Source of the DNA: Spirochaetia bacterium
Lineage (GTDB): Bacteria; Spirochaetota; Leptospiria; Turneriellales; JAOUFE01
NCBI GenBank assembly: GCA_029857955.1
Contig: JAOUFY010000002.1
Coordinates: forward strand, 58,141 to 122,140
Direction: 5' to 3'
Length of the DNA: 64,000 bases
Shown: positions 1 to 9,292 of the stretch, piece by piece
Position numbering within the stretch: the first letter of the stretch is position 1
Layout of the letters: every line of letters begins with the position of its first letter
The notes under the pieces: generated by a model
Told to the model about the DNA's origin: nothing
Database searches by the model: none
The model's input: only the letters and a program-made list of their open reading frames with translations
Program-made: the position numbers and the translations under genes

Positions 1-424
1 CAAGATTGCTTTTATTTACAAAGTCTGCTAATTGATTTATATTTTCATCAGTAACTACGGTAGTATTTTCATATAAATTAGCAATGTTTTTTTTTATTCC
101 TGAATATAATACGGAGTCTGATTCAAAAACAAGAATGTCACCACCGTTATTTTTTTGCTGATTTTTTAAAAGCTCAATGAGCTTGATACAGCCTGCTCCG
201 ATTACAACCGCAATTAATCCTTTTTTAAGTATAAAATTACCTAAAATTCTAAGAGCTTCTTTTTCAGGATCCCTTTCACTCACAAAAGGTTGAAACTGCT
301 CATTTTTTAACTTTTCAACCCGATAACGGATATAATATTGCCCATCTCTAAGGCTGATTTCATAGTCAGCTGTAGAACCGTGAATTAACCAGGCATTTTT
401 ATCCATATATGACAGGGCTTCCAT
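1..424 (-). CDS. Hypothetical protein, N-terminal part (gene runs off the window start). Possibly a DUF115/MptE-like (motility-associated-factor type) N-terminus.
   Basis: Open-ended ORF, absent from the ORF track. Hand translation from ATG at 424 (alternative ATG at 406): MEALSYMDKNAWLIHGSTADYEISLRDGQYYIRYRVEKLKNEQFQPFVSERDPEKEALRILGNF..LIAVVIGAGCIKLIELL..ILVFESD. The 'RDPxKEA' motif followed by 'VVIGAG..E-D' resembles N-termini of DUF115/Maf-type proteins, from memory only. Confidence 0.35.
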   Translation of the reverse strand, partial: MEALSYMDKNAWLIHGSTADYEISLRDGQYYIRYRVEKLKNEQFQPFVSERDPEKEALRILGNFILKKGLIAVVIGAGCIKLIELLKNQQKNNGGDILVFESDSVLYSGIKKNIANLYENTTVVTDENINQLADFVNKSNL

Positions 425-517
425 TTGGACATTGTCGGACAAGTATATTCTATAGGAGACTTCTCATAAATTATTTGCTTTCATTACCTGATCATCAGCA
501 TTTAAAAAAATTATTAT

Positions 518-3265
518 ATGTTTATTAAAGAATTAGAAATATCAGGATTTAAATCTTTTGGAGAGAAAACAAAAATTGAATTTAGTTCAAAAATTACCGG
601 AATTGTTGGACCAAATGGATGCGGTAAATCGAATATTCTTGATGCTATAAAATGGGTTCTCGGTGAAAAATCAGTCAAATCCATGCGTGGCGACAAAATG
701 GAAGATGTTATCTTTTCTGGAACAGAACATAAAAAACCCTCAGGGTTTGCTCAAGTTGATTTACTGCTTGATAATACTGAAAAAATATTACCAATTGAAT
801 TTCATGAAGTAAAAATAACCAGAAAACTCTTTAGAGACGGACAAAGTCAGTTTTATCTTAATGATAGCAGGGTTTCCAGAAAAGAGGTTGAAGAGATACT
901 AATGGATACAGGGCTAGGTAAAGCTAGTTATTCATTTATGCAGCAGGGGCAAATGGATATGATTTTATCCAGTAAACCGGAAGATCGCAGGTTAATATTT
1001 GAAGAAGCAGCTGGAATTTCCCGCTATAAAAGTCAAAAAGAAGAAGCTGAAAAAAAACTAGAACAAACGGAATTTAATATCACGAGATTAAAAGATATTA
1101 TTTCAGAACTCGAACGTGAACTCAAAATAAAAAAAAGTCAATCTGATAAAACCAGGATTTTTCAAGAGTTGGATGAAAAAAGAAAAATTCATGATCAAAA
1201 AATATTGTTAACAACCATAACAGACATGGATGATAATCTTCTTAAACTTCAGGAAAAACTTAAAAAAATTATAAATGAAAGGGAAAAAAGCAGGCAACGA
1301 GTCATTCAAGTTGAAGAACAAATTATTAACCTGGACTCTGAAAAACAAAAAATAATAAATGAAATGCACCAAAAAGATATTGCTCATCAGCTTAATGTTG
1401 AAAAGATCTTGCACCATGAAAAAAATATTGAACTTAATAATCAAAAAAGAAAACAAGTTTCAGAGGAATTAAAAGTAATTAAAGAGCACGTTGATAATGT
1501 AAATAACCGAATACTCGAATTAAAAAAACAGTTAAATGACCAAAAGCAATTGTATCTGGAACTAAATCATCAATTTGGCGATACCGAAAAAACAATTAAA
1601 GATACGAATAATCGAATAATTAAACTGAACATAGATATTGAAAAAATACAGACATCCCAAAAACAAATGCTTAAAGATGTCGATTTAAAAAGAGAAAATC
1701 TTAAAAGCTTAAGAAAAAACCAAGAAGTAATCATTCAAAATCTTTTGGAATTTTTAAAAAGAGAAAAAGAACAATGGCATAAAACTCTAGGAGATATTGA
1801 GTCTCAAAAATCAGATTTTAAAAAAGAAATTAATGAATTTTCATTATCAATATCAAAAGCACTCGAAGAAGTCAATGCTAAACCAGAAAGTGCAAAACAT
1901 GTCTTATCGGAACTCAGTAAAAGCTTAAAATCATCTCAATGGATATCGACAGTTGACAAACTCAGTAATCTCGAAAAAAAATTCTGGAATCTTTTATTTG
2001 AAAAAGGCGGAATACATTCTCAAAAAGAAGATTTTGATGAAAAAATAACTGCCGATGAAAATCAAATAGAAGAATTTGAAACTAAAATTATCGAATTAAC
2101 ACATCAACTCAACTCTAAAAAAGATGAAATAAATACTTTATCATCTAAAAGAGATTCTATGATCGGTGATTTGAAAACTTTTGAAGTACAAAAAATCAAT
2201 GTAAATGAAAAAGAAAAATATATATCTCAGCAGTTGTATAATGAAGATGCAAGTTTAGTTTATTTTTCTGAAAGATATTCTTTAATTGAAAGTGAGTTAT
2301 TAAATATTAATCTCCAAGAAAAAAACCTAAACAAAGAGGTTCAGGGATTAAAAAATAGTCTAGTTTTAGAGCAAAATAAAATTGAAAACTATAAAAATAC
2401 AATTAAAAAACTTGATGATAAAAAGGACAAACTTTTAGAGCAAATTAAAAAAGAAAATAATTCATCACGTGAAGAGTTCGAAGGTACAAATGAGCTTGAA
2501 GTAAAAATTGGAACCATCATTGGTAGCAGAGAAGCTCTTTTGATGGATATTTATAATAATTATAATATTACATTAGATGAATTAAAAGAAAAATTCTCAA
2601 TTAAAAAAATTGATCTCAAAATCGAAAAAGAAAAGTTAGCCGAAATTCAAAGGGAGATGAAAAATCTTGGTATTATCAATCCCCTTGCCATTGAGGAATT
2701 AAATACAATTCAAAGTTTATATGATCATAATTCAGATCAGGTTAATGATATTATTACCGCTCGAAAAGATATTTTGACTGTAATTGAAGAAATTCAAGGC
2801 AAATCAGAAAAAATATTTATGGATTCTTTTATACAAATTGGTGAAAATTTTAAAAAAACCTTTCAAAAACTATTTAAAGGAGGTGATGTATCTCTAAAAC
2901 TTACAGAAGAAAATAAACCTTTAGAAAGTGGTATTGAAATACAGGTGCAACCTCCAGGTAAAAGAGCTAGATCACTTAGATTACTTTCCGGTGGAGAAAA
3001 AGCTCTTACAGCTATTGCCTTAATGTTTGGTGTTTATATGCTAAAGTCATCGCCTTTTTGTGTTCTTGATGAAATTGATGCGCCACTTGACGATCAAAAT
3101 GTCGGAAGATTTTTAATTTTATTGGATGATTTTATTAAAAATACTCAGTTTCTATTGATTACTCATAATAAAAAAACAATGGCAAAGGCTGACACCCTTT
3201 TTGGTGTTACAATGGATGAACCAGGTATTAGTAAACTTCTTAGTGTTGAAATAAAAGCTGGATAA
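518..3265 (+). CDS. smc: Chromosome segregation protein SMC (short form, 915 aa, no recognisable hinge)
   Basis: N-terminal head with Walker A GPNGCGKSN and FEEAAGISRYK. Long K/E/L/N-rich coiled-coil middle. C-terminal signature LSGGEKALTAIAL and Walker B FCVLDEIDAPLDD. Confidence 0.9.
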   Translation: MFIKELEISGFKSFGEKTKIEFSSKITGIVGPNGCGKSNILDAIKWVLGEKSVKSMRGDKMEDVIFSGTEHKKPSGFAQVDLLLDNTEKILPIEFHEVKITRKLFRDGQSQFYLNDSRVSRKEVEEILMDTGLGKASYSFMQQGQMDMILSSKPEDRRLIFEEAAGISRYKSQKEEAEKKLEQTEFNITRLKDIISELERELKIKKSQSDKTRIFQELDEKRKIHDQKILLTTITDMDDNLLKLQEKLKKIINEREKSRQRVIQVEEQIINLDSEKQKIINEMHQKDIAHQLNVEKILHHEKNIELNNQKRKQVSEELKVIKEHVDNVNNRILELKKQLNDQKQLYLELNHQFGDTEKTIKDTNNRIIKLNIDIEKIQTSQKQMLKDVDLKRENLKSLRKNQEVIIQNLLEFLKREKEQWHKTLGDIESQKSDFKKEINEFSLSISKALEEVNAKPESAKHVLSELSKSLKSSQWISTVDKLSNLEKKFWNLLFEKGGIHSQKEDFDEKITADENQIEEFETKIIELTHQLNSKKDEINTLSSKRDSMIGDLKTFEVQKINVNEKEKYISQQLYNEDASLVYFSERYSLIESELLNINLQEKNLNKEVQGLKNSLVLEQNKIENYKNTIKKLDDKKDKLLEQIKKENNSSREEFEGTNELEVKIGTIIGSREALLMDIYNNYNITLDELKEKFSIKKIDLKIEKEKLAEIQREMKNLGIINPLAIEELNTIQSLYDHNSDQVNDIITARKDILTVIEEIQGKSEKIFMDSFIQIGENFKKTFQKLFKGGDVSLKLTEENKPLESGIEIQVQPPGKRARSLRLLSGGEKALTAIALMFGVYMLKSSPFCVLDEIDAPLDDQNVGRFLILLDDFIKNTQFLLITHNKKTMAKADTLFGVTMDEPGISKLLSVEIKAG

Positions 3266-3281
3266 CAGAATAAATAATAGA

Positions 3282-4496
3282 TTATTGTAAAAATGCCGAA
3301 ACTTCATATTGAAAATTTTTGATAACTTGTCTTACTTTTGGATACATTCGAATACTTCCTGTAATTAAATGTCTACATTTATCATTTGTAAGTTTTTCAA
3401 TCAATGAATCATGAGTTAAAATTTTTATTGAAGATATATTTTTAAAATCTTTACTTTCATAATAACCAGGTTCCTCTATTGGATATAAATAAATATCAAT
3501 TTGACATCTTTCATTTTTTAAGGATTTAATCAAGTCAATTATTTCAATTATATTACGTTCTCGCATCATATTTAAATATATCTGCCATTTTCCAGGATTT
3601 TGGTTTATCCAAAATAGCAATTCTTTAAATGCAATTTTATTATGAGCGCTATCAAAAATAATATACGGATTATTGGAAAGTATTTCGAGTCTGCCTTTAA
3701 TACTATCGTTTATATCAGGAATATTTTTTTTAAAAAAATCTTCATAAATCCATTTAATAAATAATAAATTATTTTTATTATAAAATAAATTATTATCAGG
3801 CAAAAAATATTTGATTTTTGTATTTTGATCAAGGCAGACTTTGTCAAGACAGTTTCTGACTGCAACATTATCTACATAGGCATAAACAGGTGTATTTTTT
3901 TTAATTATTCCACCCTTCTCCATTGTTATTTTTTCTATTGTATCACCCAAAATATTTTGATGATCCATACCAATGGGTGTTATAATACAAAATTCGGGAG
4001 AAATTGTATTTGTCGAGTCAAGCCTTCCTCCAAGACCAGTTTCAAAAACAGCCCATTCTACCTTTTTATGTTTAAAGTATAACATCGAAATTACAGTTAG
4101 TGCATCAAAAAAACTTATGTCTTTAATTGATTTTATTTCTTTAATTGAATTCCACAGCTGTAGAAATTCCTCGTTTGAAATATATTCAAATTGATGATTA
4201 TACTGTATTCCAATCCTTTCATTTATTTTTTCAAAATGCGGCGATGTATACAATCCGGTTTTGCATGAATTGCCTAGAGCTCGAGCCATTAAAGTTGCTG
4301 CGCTTCCTTTTCCGGAAGTGCCAGCGATGTGAATTGTTTTATATTCTTTTTGCGGATTGTTCAATTCATTTAAAAATATTTTTAATGGATTTGGATCATA
4401 AATATAACTTTCTCCAAATCTTCTTGATTTCTCGTAATTTTTACTTGAAAAGAAATTGATAAAATCGGTAAATTCCAAGTCATATTCTTTATTCAT
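3282..4496 (-). CDS. folC: Folylpolyglutamate synthase / dihydrofolate synthase (Mur-ligase family)
   Basis: P-loop HIAGTSGKGS followed by TSPH. 404 aa, a Mur-ligase-type length and layout. Confidence 0.8.
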   Translation of the reverse strand: MNKEYDLEFTDFINFFSSKNYEKSRRFGESYIYDPNPLKIFLNELNNPQKEYKTIHIAGTSGKGSAATLMARALGNSCKTGLYTSPHFEKINERIGIQYNHQFEYISNEEFLQLWNSIKEIKSIKDISFFDALTVISMLYFKHKKVEWAVFETGLGGRLDSTNTISPEFCIITPIGMDHQNILGDTIEKITMEKGGIIKKNTPVYAYVDNVAVRNCLDKVCLDQNTKIKYFLPDNNLFYNKNNLLFIKWIYEDFFKKNIPDINDSIKGRLEILSNNPYIIFDSAHNKIAFKELLFWINQNPGKWQIYLNMMRERNIIEIIDLIKSLKNERCQIDIYLYPIEEPGYYESKDFKNISSIKILTHDSLIEKLTNDKCRHLITGSIRMYPKVRQVIKNFQYEVSAFLQ

Positions 4497-4896
4497 ATTT
4501 TATATCATAAGTTATTTCTGCTGTTTTTCTTAACATCTCCGAAACACCACAATATTTAGTTTGTGATAACTCAACAGCCCTTGAAACTTTTTCATGATCA
4601 AGTTCTCCAGAAAAATAATATATAATATGTATAGTTTTAAAAACCATTGGATGCTCTTCGGTTTGTTCTGCACTAACGTCAATACGAAATGTTTCTGGAA
4701 ATTGTCTCATTTTTTTTAAAATTGAAATTACATCCATTGCAGAGCATCCGCCTATACCGTGTAATAAGAATTCCTTTGGTCTTGCTGCTAAATTTTCGCC
4801 GCCATTTTCTTCCGAGGCATCCATATAGATCTCATGCCCTGTACCGGATTTTGCTTTAAATTTCATTTTACCATTCCATTCAATTTTTGAATTCAT
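4489..4896 (-). CDS. OsmC family protein (peroxiredoxin-like)
   Basis: 135 aa. Two conserved Cys contexts typical of OsmC/YhfA (GIGGCSAMDV and TKYCGVSEM). 8-nt overlap with folC. Confidence 0.7.
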   Translation of the reverse strand: MNSKIEWNGKMKFKAKSGTGHEIYMDASEENGGENLAARPKEFLLHGIGGCSAMDVISILKKMRQFPETFRIDVSAEQTEEHPMVFKTIHIIYYFSGELDHEKVSRAVELSQTKYCGVSEMLRKTAEITYDIKYE

Positions 4897-4923
4897 TTGA
4901 TTACCTCGCTTTTAAGCTAAAAT

Positions 4924-5808
4924 TTATTTTAAAATTGCTTTTAATGGTTTGTTTTGAAAACCAATTTCAATTTTATCACCGATATGAAGTTTTAATTTTT
5001 TTTGCCCACCATCTATATAAATATATCCTTCAATCATACTTATGATAATTTTTAGCTTATCATTTTCTGTTACCATTCCCTTTAGCAGAGTATCTTTTTC
5101 TGGTCGATATATTTCACGTATGATAAATCCAAATTGTTTTTCACCTTTTTTATTATATTGCGGAAATACTTCCCCGCCTGATGAAGCATATGCCGCAGTC
5201 GATCCCATTGCTGTGGATATCCATATTCCTGAAGACTTTTGGTGATATAAATTATCGTTAAAACTAAGTATATATCTAGTTGTAGTTGCAGGGTTTTTAT
5301 CTACAATTAAAATATCATTAATAATGGGAATATTAATATCTTCATTATTAATTTTTAATTTTAAGCGGTTTAATTCGGTTATGTCAGGTTTACCAATTAA
5401 AATTTCCTCAATTTCGGAAATTATATCCTGGGACTTATCAAACAAATTAAATTTACAATAATGTCCGATGCTATAATCCGGAGCTGAATTAATTCCAATC
5501 ATTAAAGCTTCTTTAACATAATGCGATGCAAATATAAATGTACCGTCTCCCCCCAATGCAATAAAAATATTATCACTATTGATTTTTGGCATAACTTTAT
5601 CTCCCCTGCAGTGAAAAATAACAGGAGTTTTAAGTGATTTCATTTTTTTTTGAATAATTTTTACAGATTCATGATGTTCTTCATGCGCCATTATCAGGGA
5701 GTCATACATTTTTTTATTATTTTTTTTAACATGACTTTTCTCAATGAGTTTTTCATACATTTCAAATGTACTTTTTTTATAGAGAACAATTATTTTTGAA
5801 TAATTCAT
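4924..5808 (-). CDS. nadK: NAD(+) kinase
   Basis: GGDGT motif (ALGGDGTFIFAS). 294 aa. C-terminal beta-rich domain typical of the PpnK family. Confidence 0.8.
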   Translation of the reverse strand: MNYSKIIVLYKKSTFEMYEKLIEKSHVKKNNKKMYDSLIMAHEEHHESVKIIQKKMKSLKTPVIFHCRGDKVMPKINSDNIFIALGGDGTFIFASHYVKEALMIGINSAPDYSIGHYCKFNLFDKSQDIISEIEEILIGKPDITELNRLKLKINNEDINIPIINDILIVDKNPATTTRYILSFNDNLYHQKSSGIWISTAMGSTAAYASSGGEVFPQYNKKGEKQFGFIIREIYRPEKDTLLKGMVTENDKLKIIISMIEGYIYIDGGQKKLKLHIGDKIEIGFQNKPLKAILK

Positions 5809-5813
5809 AATTT

Positions 5814-7334
5814 TTATGTGAGAACAAGATTAAGCATTTTTTCCGTAGCGAGAACTGCTGCCATGGTTTGATCACATTCAATTCCGCGTGTCGCTAGCGT
5901 TTCGTTATTTTTATTCAGCCAGGTTATTTTACATTCTACAAGAGCAGATGTTTGCCCCCCTGGCGGAATTCTTACCTCATAGTCCTTTAATGTTGGTAGC
6001 TCTATATTATTTTCTTTTGCCCAGTTTCGAATAGCATTCATAAATGCATCATATCCCCCATCACCACTACCCGTTATTTTAAATTCATTGTTTTTATAAC
6101 AAATTTTTAACGAGCATACCGGCATAATTTCCATTCCGGATGTAATGACAACATTTGTTAATTTAATAATATCATGTCCTGGTATTTTTAAAATATCACT
6201 AATTAAAAAAGGTAAATCTTCCAAGGTTACTTTTTTCTTTTTATCGCCTAACGATTTAATTTTATCTAAAACTTTTTTGTGATTTTCTTCGGTTAATTCA
6301 ATTCCAAGTTCTTTTAAATTTTGATCAAGTGAAGCTTTACCTGACATTTTACCAAGCGCATATGATCTTTTTCTGTCAAATCTACCCGGCATTAATCTAC
6401 TTTCATACAATCCTGCTTTTTTATCGCCATCAGCATGAATACCAGCTGTCTGAGTAAAAACATCCTCACCAACAATTGGTGCATTGTCAGCCATTCTTTT
6501 ACCGGAAAAAGTTTCAACAACTCTTGAGATAAGATAAAGATAATTTTCAGATAAATTTGTTTTAATATTCAAGTGATCGTGCAATGATGCTGCTACTTCG
6601 GCAAGTGATGCATTACCAGTTCGTTCGCCCAGGCAATTCACTGTACAATGAATTCCGGATGCGCCGGCTCGAACAGCTTCAAGTGTGTTGATGGTCCCGA
6701 GACCATAATCATTATGAGCGTGAAAATCAAAATGAGTATCAGGATACTTTACTGATAAATCAGTAAAAAAACTAAATACCTGTAGTGGGTATAATATTCC
6801 CAGAGTATCCGGAAGCATGATTCGTTTTACCTTATTTTTATTAAGATGATTGATTAAATCATAAACATATTCTGTTGATTCAATATAACCGTTTGACCAG
6901 TCTTCAAGGTAAACGTTAACGTTTATTTTCTTTTTTTTAGCATACTCAATGGTGCGTGAAATATCATTAAAATGCTCTTCCGGTTTTTTTTTCAACTGAT
7001 ATTTTAAATGTTTTATACTTCCTTTTGTTAAAAGATTAAGTACTTTTCCACCTACATCAGAAATCCAGTCAACGGATTTATTTGTATCGACATAACCAAG
7101 TATTTCTATATTGTTAATATAATTATTTTGTTTAGCCCATTTTAATATTTTACCGGTACTTTCTTTTTCACCAGGTGAAACTAATGCTGATGCAATTTCA
7201 ATACGATCAATTTTTACTTTTTCAAGTAAAATCCTTGCGATTTGCATTTTTTCAGACGGAGAAAATGCTACGTTATTGGTTTGTTCACCGTCGCGTAGCG
7301 TAGTATCCATGATTTCAGGAATTTTCTTTTTCAT
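5814..7334 (-). CDS. cimA: (R)-citramalate synthase (LeuA/CimA family, with C-terminal LeuA-type regulatory domain)
   Basis: N-terminal DTTLRDGEQT. HxH metal site FHAHNDYGLG. Long blocks (VDWISDVGGKVLNLLTKGS, VYLEDWSNG, VFTQTAGIHADGDKK, EVRIPPGG.TSALVE) match my recollection of Leptospira interrogans CimA. CimA and LeuA cannot be separated rigorously by eye. Confidence 0.7.
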   Translation of the reverse strand: MKKKIPEIMDTTLRDGEQTNNVAFSPSEKMQIARILLEKVKIDRIEIASALVSPGEKESTGKILKWAKQNNYINNIEILGYVDTNKSVDWISDVGGKVLNLLTKGSIKHLKYQLKKKPEEHFNDISRTIEYAKKKKINVNVYLEDWSNGYIESTEYVYDLINHLNKNKVKRIMLPDTLGILYPLQVFSFFTDLSVKYPDTHFDFHAHNDYGLGTINTLEAVRAGASGIHCTVNCLGERTGNASLAEVAASLHDHLNIKTNLSENYLYLISRVVETFSGKRMADNAPIVGEDVFTQTAGIHADGDKKAGLYESRLMPGRFDRKRSYALGKMSGKASLDQNLKELGIELTEENHKKVLDKIKSLGDKKKKVTLEDLPFLISDILKIPGHDIIKLTNVVITSGMEIMPVCSLKICYKNNEFKITGSGDGGYDAFMNAIRNWAKENNIELPTLKDYEVRIPPGGQTSALVECKITWLNKNNETLATRGIECDQTMAAVLATEKMLNLVLT

Positions 7335-7476
7335 ATTTCCTTATACTATGTATTTATAAAACTTCTCATTATACCAAGTTATCAATAATTAAATATCTTT
7401 GTAATATGAATAAAAAATAGATACTAACACGAGGGTCAACTTTTATTTAATTTATAGTTGACATAATGTATTAAAC

Positions 7477-7536
7477 ACTATACGTGTGTATAGTTACTGT
7501 ATAGACAGTATTGTATTCCGTTTCTAACCAGAAACG
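7477..7536 (+). promoter_or_regulatory. Three consecutive short hairpins in the leader of the 7540 ORF (divergent cimA promoter region)
   Basis: Hairpin 1: actatac-gtgt-gtatagt (7477-7494). Hairpin 2: tactgt-atag-acagta (7495-7510). Hairpin 3: cgtttct-aacc-agaaacg (7519-7536). The last ends 3 nt before the ATG, and no Shine-Dalgarno (SD) sequence is visible. Confidence 0.3.
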
Positions 7537-7539
7537 ACT

Positions 7540-7860
7540 ATGAAAGTTAAAACAAATTGGTTAGAGTCCAACAATATTGTTGGTGATAAAAACGGGATTT
7601 TTGAAAATAAAGGCGCTGATGTTAAAAATAAGCAATTAAAAGCTGAGTTTTACATCATTAAAAAACAAAAAAAAGCCTCTGAAAACTTCTCAATGATGTT
7701 AATTAATGAATTTAATGGATTGAGAATTACTGATTCACGGAATAAATCAATAAAATCTTTTTTAGATAAAAATAAAAAAGAAGAATCAACTAGCAACAAT
7801 AAAAGTGTTAGTGAAAGTGATTTAAAAGCCGTTAATTTTTTAAATGGGTACTGGGCATAG
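7540..7860 (+). CDS. Hypothetical protein (106 aa, K/N-rich)
   Basis: ORF only. A weak 'ENFSMMLINEF' stretch vaguely recalls rod-binding/FlgJ N-terminal proteins, which is not enough to call. Confidence 0.35.
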   Translation: MKVKTNWLESNNIVGDKNGIFENKGADVKNKQLKAEFYIIKKQKKASENFSMMLINEFNGLRITDSRNKSIKSFLDKNKKEESTSNNKSVSESDLKAVNFLNGYWA

Positions 7861-8380
7861 AAAATATGCCTGGTACTTTTATTACCCAGATTCCCATTAT
7901 CCAGAAAAATATGACATTAACACCGAATAAATAAAACCAGACAGTAAATGTAGCCTCTGGCGTAGCAGAAATTCTTGAGGGTTTTAGTATATTTAAAATA
8001 TAAAAAATAGTGACAATCAATAATCCTGATGAAAAACATAGTTTAGCCAGGTAACGATGGTCAAATTTCATTAATATTTTAAATATCCCGGGAATGAACA
8101 TAATTATAAAACCAATTAAAAAAATTAAAAAATCATTTGTAGCGATAGTATGCTGATTCATCTCATCATTAATTAATATTTTATATGAGCGCCATCCAAT
8201 ACCTGTTAATATAATAGAGTAACCGATTAGAACAAAATATATTATTTCTTTAAAATTGAAAAGCTTTAATCGCATGAATAATTTCAATAATAATACATTA
8301 TAAATAAAATATAATCCTGATATTACAATAATTAAATACGATTTAATATATCCAAGGGCATTTATGGTTTTTTGAATCAT
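7832..8380 (-). CDS. Hypothetical polytopic membrane protein
   Basis: 182 aa with about 5-6 hydrophobic helices. No recognisable motif. Confidence 0.45.
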   Translation of the reverse strand: MIQKTINALGYIKSYLIIVISGLYFIYNVLLLKLFMRLKLFNFKEIIYFVLIGYSIILTGIGWRSYKILINDEMNQHTIATNDFLIFLIGFIIMFIPGIFKILMKFDHRYLAKLCFSSGLLIVTIFYILNILKPSRISATPEATFTVWFYLFGVNVIFFWIMGIWVIKVPGIFSMPSTHLKN

Positions 8381-8461
8381 TTATCTGTCATATTTAATTA
8401 AATGTTCATATGATCAATTTTTTTATTTGACTTTGCATATGCCAAATGTCGAGTATATACT

Positions 8462-9226
8462 ATGAAAAAATTTAAAACTGCCATTATTTCTGCGATTTTT
8501 AATTTTCTGGTAATAAATGGATATCTAGCGGCAAGCGACTTTAAGACGCCTAAATTAACAGAACACGCGCAAGACTTAATCGAAACTTTAAAGATTGGCC
8601 CTCTTGAAGAACGAATTCGAGCAATTGAAGAATGTGGAATTAACGGATACATTCCTTGCTACTACACTTTAGTCAGCCTGTTAAATGATCCTGCCCCTGT
8701 TATTCGCAAAAAAAGCGCAATTTCATTAGGTTTATTGAGAAATAAAAATGCAATACCTCATCTTGAAAAAGCCATGGAATCTGAAAAAGATGAATCTGTT
8801 CAGATTGATATCATTCGATCTTTATGGTTTTTTAAAAACAAGGAATCTGCAGTTTTTGCTGAAAAATATTTATCCAGCAATTCTGAAAAATTAAGATTTA
8901 TAGCAGCAAAAGTTTTAACGACAGTAACCGACGATTCTCTGTATGATAAAATCGGTGAAAGGTTAAAAGTTGAAAATTCTGATATTGTTAAAGTAATGCT
9001 CTTGCATGCTTCTTTAAAAATTAAAAAAACCTCTGCAAATGTTACAGAGCTGATTAAATATTTTTACTCAACTCAAACAAATGTTCGCTTGTATGCTGCA
9101 AGAGCAGCCGGAGATTTAAAAATTAAAGAGGCATTATTAGATTTAAAAAAAGCATTGATACTTGAACCTGATGTTGAAACAAGATTTGAATTTCATAAAG
9201 CCTACAATGAAACTTTTATAAATTAA
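8462..9226 (+). CDS. HEAT-repeat (PBS-lyase-like) protein with signal peptide
   Basis: N-terminal signal-like MKKFKTAIISAIFNFLVINGYLAA. Repeated 'VR..a...LG.l....A...L' units (VIRKKSAISLGLLRNKNAIPHLEKA; VRLYAARAAGDLKIKEALLDLKKA). Confidence 0.6.
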   Translation: MKKFKTAIISAIFNFLVINGYLAASDFKTPKLTEHAQDLIETLKIGPLEERIRAIEECGINGYIPCYYTLVSLLNDPAPVIRKKSAISLGLLRNKNAIPHLEKAMESEKDESVQIDIIRSLWFFKNKESAVFAEKYLSSNSEKLRFIAAKVLTTVTDDSLYDKIGERLKVENSDIVKVMLLHASLKIKKTSANVTELIKYFYSTQTNVRLYAARAAGDLKIKEALLDLKKALILEPDVETRFEFHKAYNETFIN

Positions 9227-9241
9227 ATAATACACACAATC

Positions 9242-9292
9242 AGCTTTAGTTTAAATTTATGGACTTAAATTTAAACTAAAGCTTGGTTTTTT
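9242..9292 (+). terminator. Rho-independent terminator after the HEAT-repeat gene
   Basis: Perfect 18-bp stem agctttagtttaaattta (9242-9259) / taaatttaaactaaagct (9266-9283), 6-nt loop, then tgg + TTTTTT (9287-9292). Confidence 0.75.

Noticed and set aside
514-4459. Short ORFs antisense to smc and folC (514-696, 1208-1456, 3825-4082, 3973-4194, 4145-4459)
   Set aside because: All are contained in smc or folC on the opposite strand, with low-complexity hydrophobic translations.
8398-8652. 84-aa minus-strand ORF overlapping the start of the HEAT-repeat gene
   Set aside because: It overlaps the signal-peptide region of a better-supported plus-strand gene and has no motif.
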